Positions 58,955-64,000 of a DNA stretch of 64,000 nt are shown one piece after another; the stretch's first letter is position 1; each line of letters starts with the position of its first letter. The stretch is from an uncultured virus (IMG/VR IMGVR_UViG_3300048925_000594) (Duplodnaviria > Heunggongvirae > Uroviricota > Caudoviricetes), in IMG/VR virus record IMGVR_UViG_3300048925_000594, one strand, 5' to 3'. Both the position numbers and the translations under genes were made by a program. A model generated the notes under the pieces. The model was given only the letters and a program-made list of their open reading frames with translations, was not told the DNA's origin and made no database searches.

Positions 58955-61444
58955 ATGAAGCAGCTTACATTTTTGGATATCTGTGCAGGGATAGGAGGTT
59001 TCCGTCTGGGGCTGGAGGCTGCCGGGCATAAGTGCATTGGCTATTGTGAGTATGATAAGTTTGCAAGGGCTTCCTATGAGGCCATGTATGATACAGAGGG
59101 TGAGTGGAAGGCAGAGGATGTGACGAAACTGGAGCCGGGGGATATCCCTTATGCGGATGCGTGGTGTTTTGGATTTCCCTGCTTTGAGGCTGGAACCCTT
59201 GTGATGACGGAGCGCGGGTATAAACGGATTGAGGATATCAAAAAGGGAGACATGGTACTCACGCACAGGCAGCGGTTCCGCCCGGTAGTGACACCAATGA
59301 AGCATAAGGCCGGAGAGATTTATGAGCTGGATATTTTCGGTGTGGATCGGCTCCGTGCTACGGGGGAGCATCCTTTCTTGGTAAAAGACGGGGATTCCGC
59401 CGTGTGGAAGAGGGCGGAAGAGCTTGTGCCGGGAGATTTGATCGCGGTTCCGGTGAACCGGGAAGAAAGGCTGCCGGAGTGGAATGGAATCATCTTTGAA
59501 CGCCGTGGCCAGGAATACTGTCTAAACAATCTTAATATGGCAAGTCCGGATTTCTGGTGGTTCGTGGGCTGCTATATGGGTGATGGCTGGTGCCGTGTCA
59601 CAGCCCGGAAGGGTGCTTCTGATAATTATCGGGTAGTGGTTGCTTGTAATGAAGAAAAGCTGAAACGGCTGGAATCCCATGTGGGTGGTATGTTCCATTA
59701 CAGCGCGGCAAAGGAGCGAACGGCATGGAACGCACATTTTGTGAATAAGGAGCTGACAATGTTCCTGATGCAGTTTGGAAAAAGGGCAGGGGGAAAGCGT
59801 CTGACAGATGCAGTGCTGAACCTGCCTGTTGAACTGCTACGGGCATTTCTCCGGGGATATTTTGAGACGGATGGGTGCAGGGTGAGGAAATACCATCAGG
59901 CATCCACCATTTCCAGGGAACTTGCCTACGGCATTCAGGCGTGCGTGCATAAGGCATACCAGAGGCCATGCGCCGTTTATCGGAATGGGATGCCGGAAAC
60001 CTGTGTGATCGAGGGAAGGACAGTACGGCAGCATGATTTTTATATCGTGAGGTTTAAGGAGGGGCAGTCAGAAAAGGACGAATCTTTTTTCATGGACGGA
60101 TATATATGGAGCCGTTTTAACGGCAGCCGGAAAGTTCCGTTTGACGGCTATGTTTACAACATGGAGGTGGAAGATGACAACTCATATACAGCATACAACC
60201 TTGCAGTCCACAACTGCCAGGATATCTCCATTGCAGGAAAGCAGAGAGGGCTTAGTGGAAAACGAAGTGGAATCTATTACAGCATCATTGACCTCGTCAA
60301 AGGCAAAAAAGAAAGTGATAAACCCACATACCTACTTGTTGAAAACGTTAAAAATCTGTTATCAATCAATGCAGGATTCGATTTTGCCGCCGTTCTCTCT
60401 GAAATGGATGAAGCGGGGTATGACGTGCAGTGGCAGGTGCTCAACTCCAAAGATTTCGGAGTCCCCCAGAATAGGGAGCGGGTATTCCTTATCGCAGTTC
60501 TTAGAAGCAGAGGTGGACGGGAAATATTACCTGTCACTGGAGAAGACGGAGGAGCTCTTAAAGAGGTTATAGGCGGGATGCAGGGATACCGGGTATATGA
60601 TCCGTCCGGCATATCCGTCAGCATCGGTGCAAATGGCGGCGGCATGGGAGCGAAGACCGGACTGTACTGTGTGGGGAATGTGAACCCAAGCGGGAAAGGG
60701 ATGAATGAAAATGTGTATGACGCCAGGGGGCTTGCCCCGGCAGTCACGACCAATAAAGGGCAGGGAAGCAAGGTGTTTGTGGACCAGACGCTGAACCATC
60801 CGAAAGTCACGGAAGTGGCAAGGTGCCTGGTGTCAAACTATAATGCCGGGCTTACTAACTATGGGAATTCCGGGGTATTGGAGACGGGAGGCTTGATGCC
60901 GGGAAGTCCGTATGCCGGTGTAACGGAAGTCAGGGCGGTGCTGACACCGGAGCGGCTAGAGAAGCGGCAGAACGGCAGGCGGATGAAGGAAGCCGGGGAG
61001 CCGATGTTCACGCTGACGGCGCAGGACCAGCATGGGGTATATCTGACGGAAGAAGTATCCGGAGATGAGGGAACGGCGCTGCCAGTCAGAAACGGCACGA
61101 AGCAGGGGTATGATATGGCATATCCGGATGACGGCGTGTGCCTGTCGTATCCAAAGAGTGAATCCAGACGCGGCAGGGTAGGAAAAGGCTGTTCACAGAC
61201 GCTGGATACGGGATGCATGATGGGAACGGTAACAAAATGCGGAAGGATACGCAGGCTGACTCCCCGTGAGTGTTTCCGTCTGCAGGGATTCCCGGATGAA
61301 TTGTATGAGAAGGCGGCTGCCGTCAATTCGGAAACGCAGCTTTATAAGCAGGCCGGGAATGCGATTACGGCTACCGTTGCCTATGCGGTTGCCATGGCGC
61401 TGCCGGAGAGCAGGGAGCTTCTGGTACAGATGGAGAACGTATAG
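58955..61444 (+). CDS. DNA cytosine-5 methyltransferase containing an intein and a long variable region
   Basis: DICAGIGG motif I, GFP|CQD motif IV split by the intein, ENV motif VI, PQNRER motif VIII, RRLTPREC.RLQGFP, KQAGN. Confidence 0.93.
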   Translation: MKQLTFLDICAGIGGFRLGLEAAGHKCIGYCEYDKFARASYEAMYDTEGEWKAEDVTKLEPGDIPYADAWCFGFPCFEAGTLVMTERGYKRIEDIKKGDMVLTHRQRFRPVVTPMKHKAGEIYELDIFGVDRLRATGEHPFLVKDGDSAVWKRAEELVPGDLIAVPVNREERLPEWNGIIFERRGQEYCLNNLNMASPDFWWFVGCYMGDGWCRVTARKGASDNYRVVVACNEEKLKRLESHVGGMFHYSAAKERTAWNAHFVNKELTMFLMQFGKRAGGKRLTDAVLNLPVELLRAFLRGYFETDGCRVRKYHQASTISRELAYGIQACVHKAYQRPCAVYRNGMPETCVIEGRTVRQHDFYIVRFKEGQSEKDESFFMDGYIWSRFNGSRKVPFDGYVYNMEVEDDNSYTAYNLAVHNCQDISIAGKQRGLSGKRSGIYYSIIDLVKGKKESDKPTYLLVENVKNLLSINAGFDFAAVLSEMDEAGYDVQWQVLNSKDFGVPQNRERVFLIAVLRSRGGREILPVTGEDGGALKEVIGGMQGYRVYDPSGISVSIGANGGGMGAKTGLYCVGNVNPSGKGMNENVYDARGLAPAVTTNKGQGSKVFVDQTLNHPKVTEVARCLVSNYNAGLTNYGNSGVLETGGLMPGSPYAGVTEVRAVLTPERLEKRQNGRRMKEAGEPMFTLTAQDQHGVYLTEEVSGDEGTALPVRNGTKQGYDMAYPDDGVCLSYPKSESRRGRVGKGCSQTLDTGCMMGTVTKCGRIRRLTPRECFRLQGFPDELYEKAAAVNSETQLYKQAGNAITATVAYAVAMALPESRELLVQMENV
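59180..60214 (+). mobile_element. Intein (345 aa) with LAGLIDADG homing endonuclease
   Basis: Starts CFEAGTLV, block B TGEHPF, GCYMGDG and RGYFETDG motifs, ends VYNMEV...AVHN, followed by Cys+1. Confidence 0.92.
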
Positions 61445-61631
61445 GAAGGGGCAGGAGGTTCTGTGACGGAGTGGGCGTGTTCCGGTGAATCGGCGCATGA
61501 GGATTTTGAAGATATGGAAAATCAGGATACCGCAGGGGAAGATACGGAGGATTCCCAAGCGGAGCCGGATGAGGATTTTGATTTTCTTGATTAAGAGCAG
61601 TGTGGGCTGGCGGCAGAAGGAGGTGGGTGCG

Positions 61632-62111
61632 GTGGCTCAGAGAGGAAGGAAGCCGAAACCGACAGCGGCCAAGGTGCTGGAGGGGAATCCGGGGAAGCGG
61701 AATCTGAACACCCATGAGCCTAGGCCGGAGAAGAAGGCTCCCAGATGCCCGGCGTGGCTGGAGGACGAGGCGAAGAAGGAATGGAAACGGATGGCGAAGC
61801 AACTGGAGCAGCTCGGTATCCTGACGGAGATTGACATGGCGGCGTTTGCCGGGTACTGTCAGGCGTATGCCAGATGGAAAGAGGCGGAGGAGTATATTTC
61901 GGAGAATGGGGCTGTGATGAAAGCGCCGTCCGGGTACTGCCAGCAGGTTCCGCAGGTGTCCATTGCACAGACTTATCTGAAAATCATGAACCGCTTTTGT
62001 GAACAGTTCGGACTTACCCCGTCTGCCAGGAGCCGGATTATATCAGAAATAGGGGAAGATAAGGAAAATGACACTATGGAACTGCTCCTGTTCAAAGGCG
62101 GTGGGCGCTGA
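61632..62111 (+). CDS. Phage terminase small subunit, P27 family
   Basis: RGRKPKPT..K.LEGNPGKR, FAGYCQAY, FGLTPSAR. Confidence 0.92.
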   Translation: MAQRGRKPKPTAAKVLEGNPGKRNLNTHEPRPEKKAPRCPAWLEDEAKKEWKRMAKQLEQLGILTEIDMAAFAGYCQAYARWKEAEEYISENGAVMKAPSGYCQQVPQVSIAQTYLKIMNRFCEQFGLTPSARSRIISEIGEDKENDTMELLLFKGGGR

Positions 62112-63658
62112 TGTTTGACAGGGAGAAGGCAGATCACGCCGTGGATTTTATTAACTGCCTGAAACACACCAAAGGCCGGTGGCGGGGCGTGCCGTTTGAA
62201 CTGCTCCCATGGCAGGACAGGATTATCCGGGATGTGTTCGGCACAGTAAAGGAAAACGGATACCGCCAGTATAACACCGCCTATGTGGAGATTCCGAAGA
62301 AAAACGGGAAATCGGAACTGGCCGCCGGGGTTGCCTTATACATGACGTGTGGCGATGGTGAGTGGGGAGCGGAGGTTTACGGCTGTGCTTCCGACCGCCA
62401 GCAGGCTTCTATTGTGTTTGATGTGGCGGTGGATATGGTGGACCAGTGCCCGGCATTGAAAAAGCGGATTAAGCCAGTCATGTCCGTGAAGCGTCTGGTG
62501 TATAAGCCAACTAATAGCTTTTACCAGGTGCTTTCCGCTGAAGCCTATACGAAACATGGTTTAAATGTCCACGCCGTGATTTTTGATGAACTGCACGCAC
62601 AGCCCAACCGGGAACTGTTTGACGTCATGACGAAAGGCTCCGGTGACGCCAGGACACAGCCGCTGTTTTTCCTGATAACAACAGCAGGGACAGACAGAAA
62701 TTCAGTGTGCTTTGAGCAGCACCAGAAAGCGAAGGATATCATTCTTGGGAGAAAGATTGCCCCATCTTTTTATCCGGTGATTTATGGTGCTTCTGATGAT
62801 GCGGACTGGTCTTTGGAAAAAGTGTGGTATGAAGCAAATCCATCCCTTGGACACACCATTGATATAGAGAAAGTAAGGAATGCGTATCTGAGCGCTAAGG
62901 ATAATCCGGCGGAGGAGAATATCTTCCGGCAGCTCCGGCTGAACCAGTGGGTGAAGCAGTCTACACGGTGGATGCAGATGGAGAAGTGGGATGCCTGCGC
63001 ATTTCCGGTGGAGGAACAGGAGCTGTTTGGCCGGGAGTGTTATGGGGGATTGGATTTGTCCAGTTCCATTGACATCACGGCTTTTGTGCTGGTGTTCCCT
63101 CCGAGAGATGAGACTGAGAAATATATAATCCTGCCGTATTTCTGGATACCGGAAGAGAATATGATTCAACGGGTGAGGCGTGATCATGTTCCATATGATG
63201 TATGGGCAAAGCAGGGGAAGCTGATGACTACAGAAGGCAATGTAATTCATTATGGTTTCATTGAGAGTTTTATTGATGAGCTGGGTAAGAAGTTTCATAT
63301 CAAAGAAATTGCATTTGACCGCTGGGGAGCGGTGCAGATGGTGCAGAACTTAGAGGGACTGGGATTTACAGTGGTTCCCTTTGGACAGGGGTTTAAAGAT
63401 ATGTCGCCGCCAAGCAAGGAATTGATGAAATTGACACTGGAACAGAAGCTGGCACATGGAGGTCATCCAGGGTTACGGTGGATGATGGATAATATCTTTG
63501 TCCGCACCGACCCGGCGGGGAATATCAAGCCGGATAAGGAGAAATCAACAGAGAAGATTGATGGAGCTGTGGCAACGGTGATGGCACTTGACCGGGCGAT
63601 ACGTAATGGCAGTAGTAATGGGAGTGTATATGATGGTAGAGGAATTTTAAGTTTTTAG
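62111..63658 (+). CDS. Phage terminase large subunit
   Basis: PKKNGKSE Walker A, IFDELH Walker B, ITTAG, GGLDLS, EKIDG. Confidence 0.95.
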   Translation: MFDREKADHAVDFINCLKHTKGRWRGVPFELLPWQDRIIRDVFGTVKENGYRQYNTAYVEIPKKNGKSELAAGVALYMTCGDGEWGAEVYGCASDRQQASIVFDVAVDMVDQCPALKKRIKPVMSVKRLVYKPTNSFYQVLSAEAYTKHGLNVHAVIFDELHAQPNRELFDVMTKGSGDARTQPLFFLITTAGTDRNSVCFEQHQKAKDIILGRKIAPSFYPVIYGASDDADWSLEKVWYEANPSLGHTIDIEKVRNAYLSAKDNPAEENIFRQLRLNQWVKQSTRWMQMEKWDACAFPVEEQELFGRECYGGLDLSSSIDITAFVLVFPPRDETEKYIILPYFWIPEENMIQRVRRDHVPYDVWAKQGKLMTTEGNVIHYGFIESFIDELGKKFHIKEIAFDRWGAVQMVQNLEGLGFTVVPFGQGFKDMSPPSKELMKLTLEQKLAHGGHPGLRWMMDNIFVRTDPAGNIKPDKEKSTEKIDGAVATVMALDRAIRNGSSNGSVYDGRGILSF

Positions 63659-63716
63659 TGAGCTTTTTAAATTGGTGTGCTATAATGAAAATATTATTTA
63701 CAAAGGAGAATTCATT

Positions 63717-64000
63717 ATGGCGGGAAAGGCTAAAATTTCTCCACGGTATGAACGGTTACTGCATACAAAGAGTGGAAATCATTGTGCAATGTGTCGGCGC
63801 CTTCTGATTGATGGAGAATCAAATGGTTCAGCATGTTTAGGAGAAAATGCACATATATATGGGGAAAAAGAAGGGGCGGCTAGGTATGATGCTACTCTAA
63901 AAGCAGATTTTATTAACTCATATGAGAATTTGATTTTTTTATGTTCTGCTTGTCATACAAAAGTTGATGTAGAAGTAGACAATTTTCCTCCTGAAAAATT
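63717..64000 (+). CDS. HNH-domain protein, partial (moron after terminase)
   Basis: MAGKAKISPRYERLLHTKSGNHCAMC...AHIYG...NSYENLIFLCSACHTKVD; AAAGGAG RBS and TGCTATAAT promoter at 63678-63686; open to the window end. Confidence 0.75.
   Translation, partial: MAGKAKISPRYERLLHTKSGNHCAMCRRLLIDGESNGSACLGENAHIYGEKEGAARYDATLKADFINSYENLIFLCSACHTKVDVEVDNFPPEK

Larger units (their letters stand above)
32233..64000. mobile_element. Second lysS-integrated element: prophage (or composite island plus prophage), truncated by the window end
   Basis: Begins at the att copy with its own TTAAGC(C)A repeats; ParAB, R-M cargo, repressor/ImmA, PolA replication module, terminases. Confidence 0.78.

Noticed and set aside
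47326..63298. Numerous long antisense and alternate-frame ORFs in the phage region
   Set aside because: Shadows of GC-richer real genes; no motifs or RBS support

Overview
Window from a low-GC Gram-positive bacterium, probably Lachnospiraceae/Clostridia (inferred from gene content and cell-wall-binding repeats). It opens with chromosomal greA-lysS; the rest is mobile DNA stacked at the lysS 3' end. Element 1 (about 2000-32250) is bounded by an 18-bp direct repeat of the lysS end, with TTTTGTACCAA arm-type repeats at both ends. It looks like an integrative mobilizable element: Tn916-type xis/tyrosine integrase, a minimal MobC-relaxase-oriT module, a DUF932-RadC-YqaJ-RecT recombination module and a surface protein. 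It carries three candidate defence loci: a WYL-regulated operon of uncharacterised genes (putative nuclease-membrane protein, coiled-coil/hydrophobic-hairpin protein, ferredoxin-containing protein), a DUF262+HEPN pair, and a Mokosh type I-like kinase-helicase pair whose partner lacks an HKD motif. Element 2 starts at the same att site and runs off the window. It encodes XRE, SymE-like toxin, ParA/ParB, ORF6N, an McrBC/LlaJI-type restriction system with two adenine methyltransferases, an ImmR/ImmA-like switch, and a prophage (PolA replication module, HNH/cos, DNA-modification cluster with an intein-containing C5 methyltransferase, terminases, AT-rich HNH moron). The best candidate for an undescribed system is the WYL operon at 4449-9286. 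All family calls come from motif recognition, without database searches.
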